Assembly: GCF_026626685.1 (NCBI RefSeq)
Contig: NZ_JAPNJX010000001.1
Location: 140,752-204,751, forward strand
Reading direction: 5' to 3'
DNA length: 64,000 nucleotides
From: Nannocystis sp. SCPEA4
GTDB lineage: Bacteria > Myxococcota_A > Polyangia > Nannocystales > Nannocystaceae
The notes under the pieces were generated by a model. It was given only the letters and a program-made list of their open reading frames with translations, had not been told where the DNA came from and searched no databases. Positions 48,428-57,964 of the stretch are shown here, one piece after another. Both the position numbers and the translations under genes were made by a program. The first letter of the stretch is position 1; each line of letters opens with the position of its first letter.

Positions 48428-49732
48428 ATGAAATTCGAGCAAGGACTTTCCGGACAGACTCTCGCGTTGGCGGGTGCTTTGGCCCTTTTCGCGGGCTGTG
48501 GCGACGACGGCGGAGGCAGCAGCGGGACCGCGGTGATCTCGGACACGGACACCTCGACCGGACCGACCGGGACGACCGCCGAGCCGACCAGCGGGACCAC
48601 CGGCGGAGCCACGGATGCGCCGACGTCCACCACCTCCGACGACACCACCGGCACGACGACCGGGGGTCCGATCGAGCCGCCCGCCTACGACCAGTGGCTG
48701 ACGATCCCGCTCGAAGGGGCGGTGTGCGGCAACAACAGCCAGTACAAGATCTTCGCCAACTTCCACGAGGGCGCCAAGGATCTGATCGTCATGCTCGAGC
48801 CGGGCGGTGCGTGTTGGGACTTCGACACCTGCTCCGGCAAGGCCGACCTCGGCGCCGCCCACCCCGACGGCATCCCCGACGACCTCCTCTACGACCCGCT
48901 GACGAAGAACCTGTCCCCGCTGATGCGCCGCGACGTCGAGGGCCTCACGAAGGACTGGAACATGGTGTTCCTCCCGTACTGCACCGGCGACGTGCACACG
49001 GGCAACAACGTGATCACGTACCAGGATCCCGAGGGCGTCGAGCCCGATCTCGAGTTCCACCACAACGGCCACAACAACGTGATCGCCGCGACCGAGTGGA
49101 TGGCCAACCAGTTCCCGGGCACCGACCGCCTGTTCGTCACCGGCTGCAGCGCGGGCGGGGCCGGCTCGCTCATCAACTACCACTTCTTCCGCTCGCGCAT
49201 CGACGCTCAGCGCGGCTACCTCATGGACGACTCGGGCCCGATCTTCCCCAGCACCGGCTGGTCCGGCCCGCTGCACGAAAAGATCCGCTCGTCGTGGAAC
49301 GTCGACTCGGTGTTCGGCGAGCTGCCGCCGGGCTACGAGATCGGGGACGACTTCGGCGTGCTCAACACCCACCTCGCCGAGCTGTACCCGCAAGACCGCC
49401 TCAGCACCGTGTTCTTCCAGCGCGACTACAACTACTCGCGCTACTCGTACGAGCGCTTCTACCCGAACATGACGAAGGAGAAGATCCACGAGTACTGGGC
49501 CGAGGACACCGACCTGATGACCGCGCTCTACGACCCGCACCCGAACATGGCCTACTACCTGCCCTACTGGCGCGAGCTCAACACCAGCCACTGCGTCTCG
49601 ATCATCTCGTACCTCGACACCGAGATCGAGGAGCAGGGCGTCGACCTCGGCGACTTCATCGCCACCCTCCTCGACGACGACAAGCCGCTCGTCAGCTACC
49701 GCGAGAGCGTCCAGCCCAACGAGGACAACTAG
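48428..49732 (+). CDS. Pectin acetylesterase/Notum-like (PAE family) lipoprotein
   Basis: Signal MKFEQGLSGQTLALAGALALFAGCGDD lipobox. Motifs GGACWDFDTC, YCTGDVHTG, GCSAGG. Confidence 0.7.
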   Translation: MKFEQGLSGQTLALAGALALFAGCGDDGGGSSGTAVISDTDTSTGPTGTTAEPTSGTTGGATDAPTSTTSDDTTGTTTGGPIEPPAYDQWLTIPLEGAVCGNNSQYKIFANFHEGAKDLIVMLEPGGACWDFDTCSGKADLGAAHPDGIPDDLLYDPLTKNLSPLMRRDVEGLTKDWNMVFLPYCTGDVHTGNNVITYQDPEGVEPDLEFHHNGHNNVIAATEWMANQFPGTDRLFVTGCSAGGAGSLINYHFFRSRIDAQRGYLMDDSGPIFPSTGWSGPLHEKIRSSWNVDSVFGELPPGYEIGDDFGVLNTHLAELYPQDRLSTVFFQRDYNYSRYSYERFYPNMTKEKIHEYWAEDTDLMTALYDPHPNMAYYLPYWRELNTSHCVSIISYLDTEIEEQGVDLGDFIATLLDDDKPLVSYRESVQPNEDN

Positions 49733-49825
49733 GCCCACGCGCCGGCCGCCGCGCGCGCTGGCGAACGCGCGGGCGGCCATTGACGGACGCGGGCGGGAGC
49801 CCTACGGTCGGGCCTCGGGAGCCGT

Positions 49826-50158
49826 ATGGACCTCAGCGGACGTTGGGAATTCAGCTTCGACCGGACCCTCAACGGGCAGCTCGCCCCCACCACCGTGCCC
49901 TCCGAGCTGATCATCATCCAGCTCGACGCCGACCACTTCGTCGGCCGCTACGTGTTCCCGGGCGACGACCCCAGCCGCTTCGAGGGCACGCTCTACACCA
50001 CCGAGCGCGGCACCCTGTTCTCGATCCGCCAGACCAACGAGCGCACCGGCTACCACGCGCTCTACGTCGGCAAGGTCGAGAACGCGACCAGCCTGTCCGG
50101 CATCTTCACCGACGTCGCCGGCCCGGCCGGTGACGTCCGCCTGCGCAAGATCCCGTGA
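49826..50158 (+). CDS. Hypothetical small protein (110 aa)
   Basis: MDLSGRWEFSFDRTLNGQLAPTTVPSELIIIQLDADHFVGRYVF...; protein-like composition. Confidence 0.5.
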   Translation: MDLSGRWEFSFDRTLNGQLAPTTVPSELIIIQLDADHFVGRYVFPGDDPSRFEGTLYTTERGTLFSIRQTNERTGYHALYVGKVENATSLSGIFTDVAGPAGDVRLRKIP

Positions 50159-50253
50159 ACGAGCGTCGCTCGCCCGCCGTGACCGGCGAGCGAGCGACGT
50201 GTTGCGAGCGAGCGCTCCGGCGCGCCGCGCGGGCGCACCGGAGGCGGCTGTGA

Positions 50254-52506
50254 TTACGGGGTGCGGACCGTCGCGGCCAGTCGGTAGATGAACTGGGCGT
50301 TGGGGACGTTCTGCACCGCGTCGGAGGCACGGACCTCCACGTAGTACGTACCGGCGGCGAGGTTGTGCGCGCCGGCGTCGCGCGGCACGTTGCCGGTGCC
50401 GTCGATCATCGAGCAGAAGCCGCGGCCGTCGTCGTCGTCGTTGGAGAGCTGGACGCCCATGGCGTTGAACAGCGTGATCTCCGAGTCGATGCCGTTCGAC
50501 TCGCAGGTCTCGACGGCGCGGTCGCCCTCGAAGAGCTCGAGGCGCAGCGAGCTGCCGGCCACCGGCACGTTGATGGCGTAGTAGTCCTTGTCGGCCTCGA
50601 GCGCGTGGTCGCCGAACACGAACACGTCGGTGCTGTCGTCGAGGTTGAGGCTCGCGCTGGCGATGTCCTCGTTCGGCTCGGCCTCCATGCCGTTGTCGCC
50701 GAGGGTGACCGCCTCGAACAGGTAGCCGGGGACCAGGCCGCTGTTGTCGAACTCGCCGACCTGGGCGTAGAAGGTCCCGGCCGGGACCGGGAACACCAGC
50801 GCGCTGCACAGGCTGATGCCCGCGTTCGAGGTGTCGGCGATGATGGCCACGTTGTTGTTGTCGAACAGGCGCAGGGCCATGTCCGCGCCGGTGCAGTCGT
50901 TCGGCTTCGAGAAGGTCTCGAAGCGCATGAACTGCGGGGCGGCCAGATCGAAGCGGTAGCGGTCGACGTCGGCGCTGGGCAGGATGCTGCCGGTGTACGT
51001 CTCGGTCCCCGTCGCCACCAGGCCGGTCGCGTCGGCCTGGGCGTTGGTGTTGTTGGGCTCGATCTCGCCGGTCGCGCCCTCGAACAGGCAGACATCGCTG
51101 CAGCCGTCGCCGTTGGCCACGTTGCCGTCGTCGCAGGTCTCGCCGGGCCCGACCGCGCCGTCACCACAGACCACCGGCAGGAGCTTGATGTCGAGGAAGT
51201 AGCCGCCGGCGATCGCGCCGTTGTCCTGCCAGTCGATGACGCGCACGTAGACGGTCTCGCCCGCCGCGAGCCCGAAGCCGGTGAGCAGCGAGCAGCTGTT
51301 GATGCCGCTCTCGTCGTCGGTGGCGAGCAGCTGGTTGGTGGCCGAGCGGACGTCGATCACGGTGTCGATCGTCTGGCAGGTGCCCGGGCCGCCGGCGCCG
51401 AAGGTCTCGAGGCGCAGCTCGACGTAGCCGGGTCCCGGGTTCTGCACGGCGAAGAAGTCGTCGTCGCCGGCCGGATCGATCTTGGCGCTGATGAAGGTAT
51501 TCGCGGTGAACGGACCCTCGGCGTTCGCCAGCAGGAAGTCGTTGACGCCGATCGCGACCATCGCGTCGTCGTTGGGCTCCGACTCGTCGATCGCGGTGAG
51601 GCAACCCGAGAGGTCGAAGCCGCAATCGGCGTTGCAACCGAGCGTGCCGAAGTCGGCGCCCTGGCTGGCACAGGTCTGGCCGCCGAGATCGGCGCCGTCA
51701 CACTGCTCGTCGCCGCCGATGGCACCGTCGCCGCAGGCGTTGCACATGCTGGTGTCGAGCGCGGCGCAGTCGGCCGCACACCCGAGCGTGCCGCTGTCGA
51801 AGCCCTCCGAGAGGCAGTCGGCGCCGCCGAGGTCGGTGCCGTCGCACACCTCGATGCCCTGGATCGTGTTGTCGCCGCAGGCGAAGCACGCCGAGGTGTC
51901 GAACACGCAGGAGTCGGCCGTACAGGCCAGCTCGCCGCCGCTCATGCCCTGCGAGACACAGTCCTCGCCGCCGAGCTCGGTGCCGTCACACTGCTCCTGA
52001 CCTTCGATCGCCCCGTTGCCGCACGTGGCCAGCACACACTGCGAGACGTCGAACTCGCTGCAGTCGGCCGCACACGCCAGAGTGCCGCCGTCGAAGCCCT
52101 GCATCGCGCAGTCCTGACCCGCGAGCTCGGCACCGTCGCACACCTCGCCGTCGTCGAGCACGCCGTTGCCGCAGTTGTTCGGCCCGGTCGTCGTCGTCGT
52201 CGTGTCGGTGGTGGTGTCGGTCGTCGTGTCGGTCGTCGTGTCGGTCGTCGGGTCCGTGGTGCTGGTCGTCGTCTCCGTCGCCGTGACGGGCGTGGTGTCT
52301 GTGTCGTCGGTCGTGCCGGTCGTCGTCGTCGTCGTCGGGTCGGTCGTCGTGGGCACCCCGGTGGTCGGGTCCGGCTCCGTGGTCGAGGCGTCGGTGGTGG
52401 TCGACGTGTCCTGATTGGAGTCCGTGGTCGCGGTGCCGTCGTCGCCGCACGCGCTCAGGGTCGCGATCGCAGCAAGGAGTGAAGTGGATAGAGCATTCCT
52501 GCGCAT
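50254..52506 (-). CDS. Large lipoprotein with six Myxococcus cysteine-rich repeats and two PPC (pre-peptidase C-terminal)-like domains
   Basis: Signal MRRNALSTSLLAAIATLSACGDDG. Repeats NCGNGVLDDGEVCDG, CGNGAIEGQEQCDG, CGDGAVGPGETCDDGNVANGDGCSDVC. PPC-like EPNDD...DDDFFAV and EPNNT...DVDRYRF. Confidence 0.8.
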   Translation of the reverse strand: MRRNALSTSLLAAIATLSACGDDGTATTDSNQDTSTTTDASTTEPDPTTGVPTTTDPTTTTTTGTTDDTDTTPVTATETTTSTTDPTTDTTTDTTTDTTTDTTTTTTGPNNCGNGVLDDGEVCDGAELAGQDCAMQGFDGGTLACAADCSEFDVSQCVLATCGNGAIEGQEQCDGTELGGEDCVSQGMSGGELACTADSCVFDTSACFACGDNTIQGIEVCDGTDLGGADCLSEGFDSGTLGCAADCAALDTSMCNACGDGAIGGDEQCDGADLGGQTCASQGADFGTLGCNADCGFDLSGCLTAIDESEPNDDAMVAIGVNDFLLANAEGPFTANTFISAKIDPAGDDDFFAVQNPGPGYVELRLETFGAGGPGTCQTIDTVIDVRSATNQLLATDDESGINSCSLLTGFGLAAGETVYVRVIDWQDNGAIAGGYFLDIKLLPVVCGDGAVGPGETCDDGNVANGDGCSDVCLFEGATGEIEPNNTNAQADATGLVATGTETYTGSILPSADVDRYRFDLAAPQFMRFETFSKPNDCTGADMALRLFDNNNVAIIADTSNAGISLCSALVFPVPAGTFYAQVGEFDNSGLVPGYLFEAVTLGDNGMEAEPNEDIASASLNLDDSTDVFVFGDHALEADKDYYAINVPVAGSSLRLELFEGDRAVETCESNGIDSEITLFNAMGVQLSNDDDDGRGFCSMIDGTGNVPRDAGAHNLAAGTYYVEVRASDAVQNVPNAQFIYRLAATVRTP

Positions 52507-52804
52507 GAACCCGGGATGCTATGCAGTGCCGCCCGATGAAGAAAGTGCGGCGATCGGTGCACACCCCCCTTCGCGTCGGACCTGCATCCGCAGGAACCGC
52601 GGAGCGAGCGCCAAGGCTTTGCCTGATGCGCAACCGCCCGCACGCATGCTTGCGGTCGATAACGGAGATGTCCTCGAAGACATGCGGCTCACCCTGTCGC
52701 AGCCAGACCGCACGGGCGCGGTGAGGTGGCCATATCGCGACCACGCGCGGCGGATTCCAAAGATGACTTTCAAGACAGGTGCGAACCCGCCGCCGGCCCG
52801 CGCC

Positions 52805-53100
52805 GAGCATCAATTCCGACCTGGCCCTCGAGACAAGTACGAGTCCGCGGGGACATCCCCCGACGAGCGACCCGAACCTGACCTCGCGATACCTGCGAAT
52901 CCGCCGCCGAAGCCGTGCCCGGTAGGACCTGGCCTTCGAGACACGCTGCCCCGAGGCCGACGACCCCCGGGCCGAGCGACCTCGACCTGACCTTCGAGAC
53001 ACGTGAGAGTCACGTCCACACGCCTGGCGGTCGGCCCCCCGGCCTCGGCCCCACGCCGCGAATGACATGGCGCAAAGGACATGCCCTTCGAGACATGCAG
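52805..53100. repeat. Array G: degenerate higher-order copies (units like GGACCTGGCCTTCGAGACACG) ending in three perfect 14-bp-period units gaatGACATGgcgc / aaagGACATGccct / tcgaGACATGcagc
   Basis: CCTG/CACG cores at 52820, 52834, 52928, 52942, 52985, 53000. CATG cores at 53066, 53080, 53094. Sits in the 618-nt intergenic gap between two minus-strand genes, abutting the HEAT-repeat gene stop. Confidence 0.6.
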
Positions 53101-53124
53101 CCACCGGCCCGCGGCCCGCGGCGC

Positions 53125-54759
53125 TCAGGCGCTGCCGGCCGCGCGGCCGAGGCGGGCGCGCTGGGCCCTGCCCGTCTCCAGCAGCACCTCGGGCGCGGCG
53201 CCGATCAGGTCGATCGCCAGGGCGGTGAAGTCGGTCGGGGTGACGCGGTCCTGGTGGCGGACGATCGCGGCGAGCACTGCATCGAGGCAGCCATCGTCGA
53301 CGCGGATCCGCAGGGCGACGTGGTCGTCGGAGTCCTTGCGGCCGACGGCCAGGCGGATGTGCTCGAGCGGCACGCAGGTGCCGAGCGAGCGCGACAGCTC
53401 GCGGTCGTAGAGCCAGTAGCCGGCCTCGAGGTTGGCGTGGGCGCCGAAGTAGCGGCCGATCGCCGGCGGCTCGACCCGGGCGACTCCACGCATCTGTTCA
53501 TAGAAGGCGAACCACTGCCGGGCCTCGCGCCAATCCTGTCCGTCGAGACAGGCGACGAAGCGACCGATCCGGTCGAGCTCGTCGAGGTCCGGCTCCGGCG
53601 CATCGACGTCGACCCCGTCGTCGTCGCCCTCGTCGTCGCCGTCGCCTCCGCCCTCGCCGTCGTCGTCGTCGTCGTCCTCGGCCAGCTCGGCCGCGTCGAC
53701 GCCCAGCCACCCGGCCAGCGCGGCGCGCTCGGTCAGCGCCGGCGGGAGGCCGATGTCCCGCAGCGCCACGCCGATGTTGGCGTAGCGCCAGGCCGCCGGG
53801 GCGCGCACGAGGCTCGCCAGCGCGGCGCGCTGGACGTCGCCCAGACCGGCCGCGGTCGCGTCCGCGGGCAGGGCCCCGTCGGCGAACACGAGGCCGAGCA
53901 GCGCGGTCGCCAGCCCGAGCGCGTCGCGGCCGCGGACCGCCTCCAGCGCGCGTCCCAGCGCGGGCGCGAGGCGCAGGCGCGCGTCCGCGGGCAGTCGCAG
54001 CAGGCCGTCGGCGAGCGGGCCGTAGCTCATGCGGGCGGCGTTGTCGTGCAGCTCGTCGAGCTGGCCGAACAGATCGACGTCCTCGACCAGATCGGCCAGC
54101 GCGTCGAGGTGCGGGCCGGTCAGCGGCGCGCCGCCGCGCGCCAGTCCGAGCCCGGCGTAGAGGCGCACGGCCGGGTGCTCGCTGCGGTCGGCCAGCAGCT
54201 CGCGCAGCTCGTCGGCGCGGGCCGGGTCGGCGACGCAGGCGAGGGCGAACGCCGCCACCGCGCGCACCGCCGGCTCGCTGTCGTCCTCCACCACCGCACG
54301 CAGCGGCGCCCTGGCCTCGTCGACCGCGAACAGCCCGAGCAAGTAGGCCGCCGCGACCCGCACCGCCGGCTCCGGGTGACCCAGCCGTCGCACGTAGATC
54401 GGCAGCCCGCGCGCCACGGCCTCGCGCGCGGCCGTGGCGACGTTGCTCGGCGCGTCCTCGTCCTCGTCGGGCGTGCCGGTGGCGAGGTGCGCCAGCAGCT
54501 CGAGGATCGCCGGCAGATCCTCCTGCGCGTCGGCGTTGAGCAACTCGACCAGGAACGGCACCGCGGCGGGGCTCGCCGAGTACACGGTGCCCTGATGCCA
54601 GATCGTCGAGAACAGCGCGTCGAGTGCGCCCTCTCGCTTGCCCGGGTGATCGCTGACGAGCGCCCGGATCAGCTTGGGCACGTCGCTCGCCTCGCCGTAG
54701 GCGTGCCGCAAGGACTTCCAGTCGATCGCGTCGAGGTTGCCGAGCACCTCGCCGACCAT
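53125..54759 (-). CDS. HEAT/PBS-lyase-like repeat protein with acidic region
   Basis: Start MVGEVLGNLDAIDW. Repeats PAVRVAAAYLLGLF, PAVRAVAAFALACV, PAVRLYAGLGL. DDDDDDGEGGGDGDDEGDDDG acidic stretch. Confidence 0.7.
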   Translation of the reverse strand: MVGEVLGNLDAIDWKSLRHAYGEASDVPKLIRALVSDHPGKREGALDALFSTIWHQGTVYSASPAAVPFLVELLNADAQEDLPAILELLAHLATGTPDEDEDAPSNVATAAREAVARGLPIYVRRLGHPEPAVRVAAAYLLGLFAVDEARAPLRAVVEDDSEPAVRAVAAFALACVADPARADELRELLADRSEHPAVRLYAGLGLARGGAPLTGPHLDALADLVEDVDLFGQLDELHDNAARMSYGPLADGLLRLPADARLRLAPALGRALEAVRGRDALGLATALLGLVFADGALPADATAAGLGDVQRAALASLVRAPAAWRYANIGVALRDIGLPPALTERAALAGWLGVDAAELAEDDDDDDGEGGGDGDDEGDDDGVDVDAPEPDLDELDRIGRFVACLDGQDWREARQWFAFYEQMRGVARVEPPAIGRYFGAHANLEAGYWLYDRELSRSLGTCVPLEHIRLAVGRKDSDDHVALRIRVDDGCLDAVLAAIVRHQDRVTPTDFTALAIDLIGAAPEVLLETGRAQRARLGRAAGSA

Positions 54760-54957
54760 ACCCCTGCCCGACCCCCGTTGTCTGCAGCGCGCAGGGGCCG
54801 GCACGAGCTCCTGGGGGTCGTTTGAACGCCGTCAACTGCAACCGCGTTCGCCTGCGCTCCCGGCGCTGGAGCCGGCCCGGTCGCGGTGTCGCACGGCTCC
54901 GGCTCGCGGCGACACGCGTCGCCCGGCCCGCCACGCGGTGCTACTGTGGCCCCGCCA

Positions 54958-55619
54958 TGCAGCACCGCGCCCGCTCCTCGCTCCTCGCCTGCGGCCTCCT
55001 CTCGGCCGCGCTGACCGCAGGCGCCTGCGCCTCGTCGCCCGACATCATCTCGTTCCCGCTGGTCTATTCGCCCAGCGACAAGGCCGACCCGTCCAAGGTC
55101 GCCGGGCTCGTGCCGGTCCCGCCCGGCACCCTCATCTTCATCGCCCAGATCGTCGACAAGCGGCAGGTCCAGGACCCGCACCTCCTCGGGATCAGCGAGG
55201 ACGCCAACCCCGACGTCGCCGTCTACAACGCCGCCGGCGGCCAGGTCCCGACCGAGTACGTGCGCAACGTGTTCGCCAAGGAGCTCGCCGGGCTCGGCTT
55301 CCCGGTCACCGCCGACCCGCAGGCCGCGACGCACACGTTGCAGCTGCAACTCGACCAGTTCTGGATCGTCGAGGGCAACACCTACCAGGCCACCCTGATG
55401 GCCCAGGGCTGGCTCATCGACCGCAACAGCACCACCCTGTGGCAGGGCCCGATCGCCGGCAAGAGCAGCCGCTGGGGCCGCAGCCAGGAGGAGAGCAACT
55501 TCCTCCAGGCCTTCGGCGACGCCACCCTCGACGGCTCGGTCAAGCTGGCCCAGACCCCCGAGTTCCGCAACGCGCTCGCGGCCGGCGCCGCCGCCCCCGC
55601 ACCCGTCGCCGGGCCGTGA
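54958..55619 (+). CDS. Lipoprotein (hypothetical)
   Basis: MQHRARSSLLACGLLSAALTAGAC lipobox. 220 aa. Confidence 0.65.
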
Positions 55620-56014
55620 GCCCCGGCGGGCTCCGTCGCGCCTGGCAGATCCACGGCGCCGTGCTCGCGGCGCTCGCGATCTTCTACGTGGTGCTCTTCT
55701 GGGACTACTACACCGGTCCCCCGCCCACGGGCTTCGACGTCGAGGGCTTCGGCGCCTCGATCCTGCTGGTCGTCCTCCTCGGCTACGCGTCGATCTCCTC
55801 GTTCGTCATGCTGTTCATCGGCCGGAACGTGTGGGGGCCGATCGTCCTGCACACCCTCGTGCTCGGGGGCTACGGCGTCGCCCTGGGGTTCGAGAAGCGC
55901 GACGCCCGGGCCCGGGCGGCCGCCGAGGCGGAGCGACTCGCCTCGCCGAGCGCGCGCGCGTCGACCGTTGCCTCCAGGTACGCGTGCTCCGGGTCCGCGC
56001 CGGTGAGCCCCTGA
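55616..56014 (+). CDS. Small integral membrane protein (hypothetical)
   Basis: GTG start overlapping the upstream stop (GTGA). Hydrophobic helices AVLAALAIFYVVLFW, ASILLVVLLGYASISSFVMLFIG, IVLHTLVLGGYGVALGF. Confidence 0.45.
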   Translation: MSPGGLRRAWQIHGAVLAALAIFYVVLFWDYYTGPPPTGFDVEGFGASILLVVLLGYASISSFVMLFIGRNVWGPIVLHTLVLGGYGVALGFEKRDARARAAAEAERLASPSARASTVASRYACSGSAPVSP

Positions 56015-56340
56015 GGGCCGCGATCGAGCTGTACAACGATTGCGAGGCGGCGGTGACGATCGACGAGATCGGCCTGCTCGGCTTCCCGCCCCACGGCGAG
56101 CGGACCCGCTTCGCCGAGTCGTGGCGCGAGTCGACCACCCTGCAGCCGGGTCGCGGGGCCACCTTCGTGGTCGAGCCCGGGCCGTCCGTCGACCCGGTCG
56201 AGCCCGACGACCGCTGGGACTGGCGCGTCGACGTGGCGATCTCCGGGCCCGCCCGCGGCTCGCCGTGCTTCGCCACCCCGCGCGCCCCGGGGGCGCCGGC
56301 CTGCCGCGCGATCGACCGCGTCCTGGCGGTGCAGCGCTGA
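55984..56340 (+). CDS. Hypothetical small protein
   Basis: GTG start. ...AAIELYNDCEAAVTIDEIGLLGFPPHGERTRFAESWRESTTLQPGRGATFVVEPG... protein-like. Overlaps the previous gene by ~30 nt. Confidence 0.4.
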   Translation: MLRVRAGEPLRAAIELYNDCEAAVTIDEIGLLGFPPHGERTRFAESWRESTTLQPGRGATFVVEPGPSVDPVEPDDRWDWRVDVAISGPARGSPCFATPRAPGAPACRAIDRVLAVQR

Positions 56341-56345
56341 GGCGC

Positions 56346-56430
56346 GACGGACATGCTCGAACGTCCATGTCTTCTTGGCCATGTCTTTAAAAACATGCCT
56401 GAACGAGCATGTCCTGGAGCGCATCAGGTG
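56346..56430. repeat. Array H of 14-bp-periodic palindromic repeats (6 units; cggACATGctcg / aacgtcCATGtctt / cttggcCATGtctt / taaaaaCATGcctg / aacgagCATGtcct / ggagcgCATCaggt)
   Basis: Cores at 56352, 56366, 56380, 56394, 56408, 56422, strictly 14 apart. Convergent intergenic region; the last unit overlaps the histidine kinase stop. Confidence 0.75.
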
Positions 56431-57404
56431 ACCGGGCGCCGGCGGCCGCGCAGCTCGACGACCAGGCCGCCGTAGGGTCCGCGGGCCAGCTCGAGCACGA
56501 AGCCGTGGATCCCGGCGACGCGGGCGACGATGTGGAGCCCGAGCCCGCGCCCGCCCGGCCGGGCCTGCTCGCCGTGGGCGCCGCGGAAGTGGCGCTCGGT
56601 GAGGCGCGGCAGCTCGTCCATGCGCACGCCGGGCCCGTCGTCCTCGACCCGCAGGGCGAACCCCTCGCCGCCGCGGCGGATCAGCACCGCCGCCACGTGC
56701 CCGCCGCGGTGGTTGTAGGCGACCGCGTTGTCGATCACGTTGGCCAGCGCCTGCTCGACGAGCAGCGCGTCGCCGTCGATCCACACCGTGGTCTCGGGCA
56801 CCGCCGAGACCAGCTCGACCCCGGCCAGCCGCGCCTGCGCCGACGCGCGGATGACCACCCGCAGCAGCACCGCGTTGAGGTCGATCGCCGCGCGCACCGG
56901 CGCCACCGCGGTCTCGAGGGCCGCCGCGGCCGCGAGGTTGCGCAGGAGCCCGGCGATGTGCTGCACCTCGGCGATGGCCGCGCCGGGCCCGAGCTCGGCG
57001 AGGTGCCCGTGCAGCGCGCTCAGCGGCAGCAGCACGTCGTGCGTGGCGTCGACGACGATGTCGCGCAGCGCCGCGGTGCGCCGCTCGCTCTCGGCGACGT
57101 GGTCGCGCACGGCCCGGCCGGCGGCGTTGAGGCTGTGCGCCAGGTCGGCGATCTCGTCGTCGCCGCGGACCTCGATCTCGCGGTGATGCCCGTCCTCGGC
57201 CGCGCCGCGGGCGGCCTCGGCGAGCCGGCGCACCCGCCCGACCAGCGACCCCGAGACCGCCAGGGCCGCGGCGATCCCGAGGCCGAAGCCGAGGCTCAGC
57301 GCGGCCGTGCGACCGAGCAGCGGCTCGGGCAGCGCGCTGACGCCGATCAACGCCGGCGCCGCGACGACGAACAGCACCGCGGCCGTGCGCGTGCGCAGCT
57401 TCAT
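56424..57404 (-). CDS. Sensor histidine kinase (2 TM, HAMP, HisKA, HATPase), orphan
   Basis: Start MKLRTRTAAVLFVVAAPALIG (M150 of the track ORF). H-box region DATHDVLLPLSALHGHLAEL. N box NVIDNAVAYN, G1 EDDGPGV, G2 GRGLGLHIV. No adjacent response regulator. Confidence 0.8.
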   Translation of the reverse strand: MKLRTRTAAVLFVVAAPALIGVSALPEPLLGRTAALSLGFGLGIAAALAVSGSLVGRVRRLAEAARGAAEDGHHREIEVRGDDEIADLAHSLNAAGRAVRDHVAESERRTAALRDIVVDATHDVLLPLSALHGHLAELGPGAAIAEVQHIAGLLRNLAAAAALETAVAPVRAAIDLNAVLLRVVIRASAQARLAGVELVSAVPETTVWIDGDALLVEQALANVIDNAVAYNHRGGHVAAVLIRRGGEGFALRVEDDGPGVRMDELPRLTERHFRGAHGEQARPGGRGLGLHIVARVAGIHGFVLELARGPYGGLVVELRGRRRPVT

Positions 57405-57468
57405 CGCCCGCCCTCCCGCGCGCCGGCGCGGCCATGACCTGTCTCTTCGGCCAGGGACACCCTCGCGC

Positions 57469-57630
57469 GTCCTCGTGCCGCGACCGGGGCATTTCGAGCA
57501 GTCCTCGCGCCGCGATCCGACAGGCTGGTAACGCACGAGGAGGGCGCAACTCGGGCGATATGCAACCGACGAGCAACGCGGCCAGCGTGGCGGAGAACCA
57601 GCGAGGGCTGCTCGAAATGCCCCGGTCGCG
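57469..57630. repeat. 162-nt element bounded by a perfect 23-bp inverted repeat (CGCGACCGGGGCATTTCGAGCAG ... CTGCTCGAAATGCCCCGGTCGCG)
   Basis: Seen in sequence in the 560-nt noncoding gap upstream of the histidine kinase. Candidate MITE or long-stem ncRNA. Confidence 0.5.
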
Positions 57631-57964
57631 GCACCAGGCCACGCCGGCTGCGCTGCGCGCCGGTTGCATGCTGCCCGGGCGGCGCCGGCCTCGCGCCTGG
57701 AGAGGGCGCGTCGAGGCGCCCCGGTCGCGGCGCTGGCTCTCTCGCGGCGTCTCGCGCGGCCGCGGCCCCCCGCGCCGGGGGGCGGTCCCGGTCGTGGGCG
57801 GAGGAGAGCGCGCGCTCGGCTGTCGGCCGCGGGTCGGTCACGCCGCGGCAAGCGTAGCGCCGGGTCGCGACGGCGCCGCCGCGACCCCGGGCCGGACCCC
57901 TCGGAGCGGCCCCGATTCGCAACTGCGCAGGCGAACGCGCGTCACCCGGCGGGTGCGAGCCGCG

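Noticed and set aside
53498-54934. 478-aa minus-strand ORF overlapping the HEAT-repeat gene in another frame
   Set aside because: Arg/Ala/Gly poly-tracts. The 53125..54759 frame gives coherent HEAT repeats.
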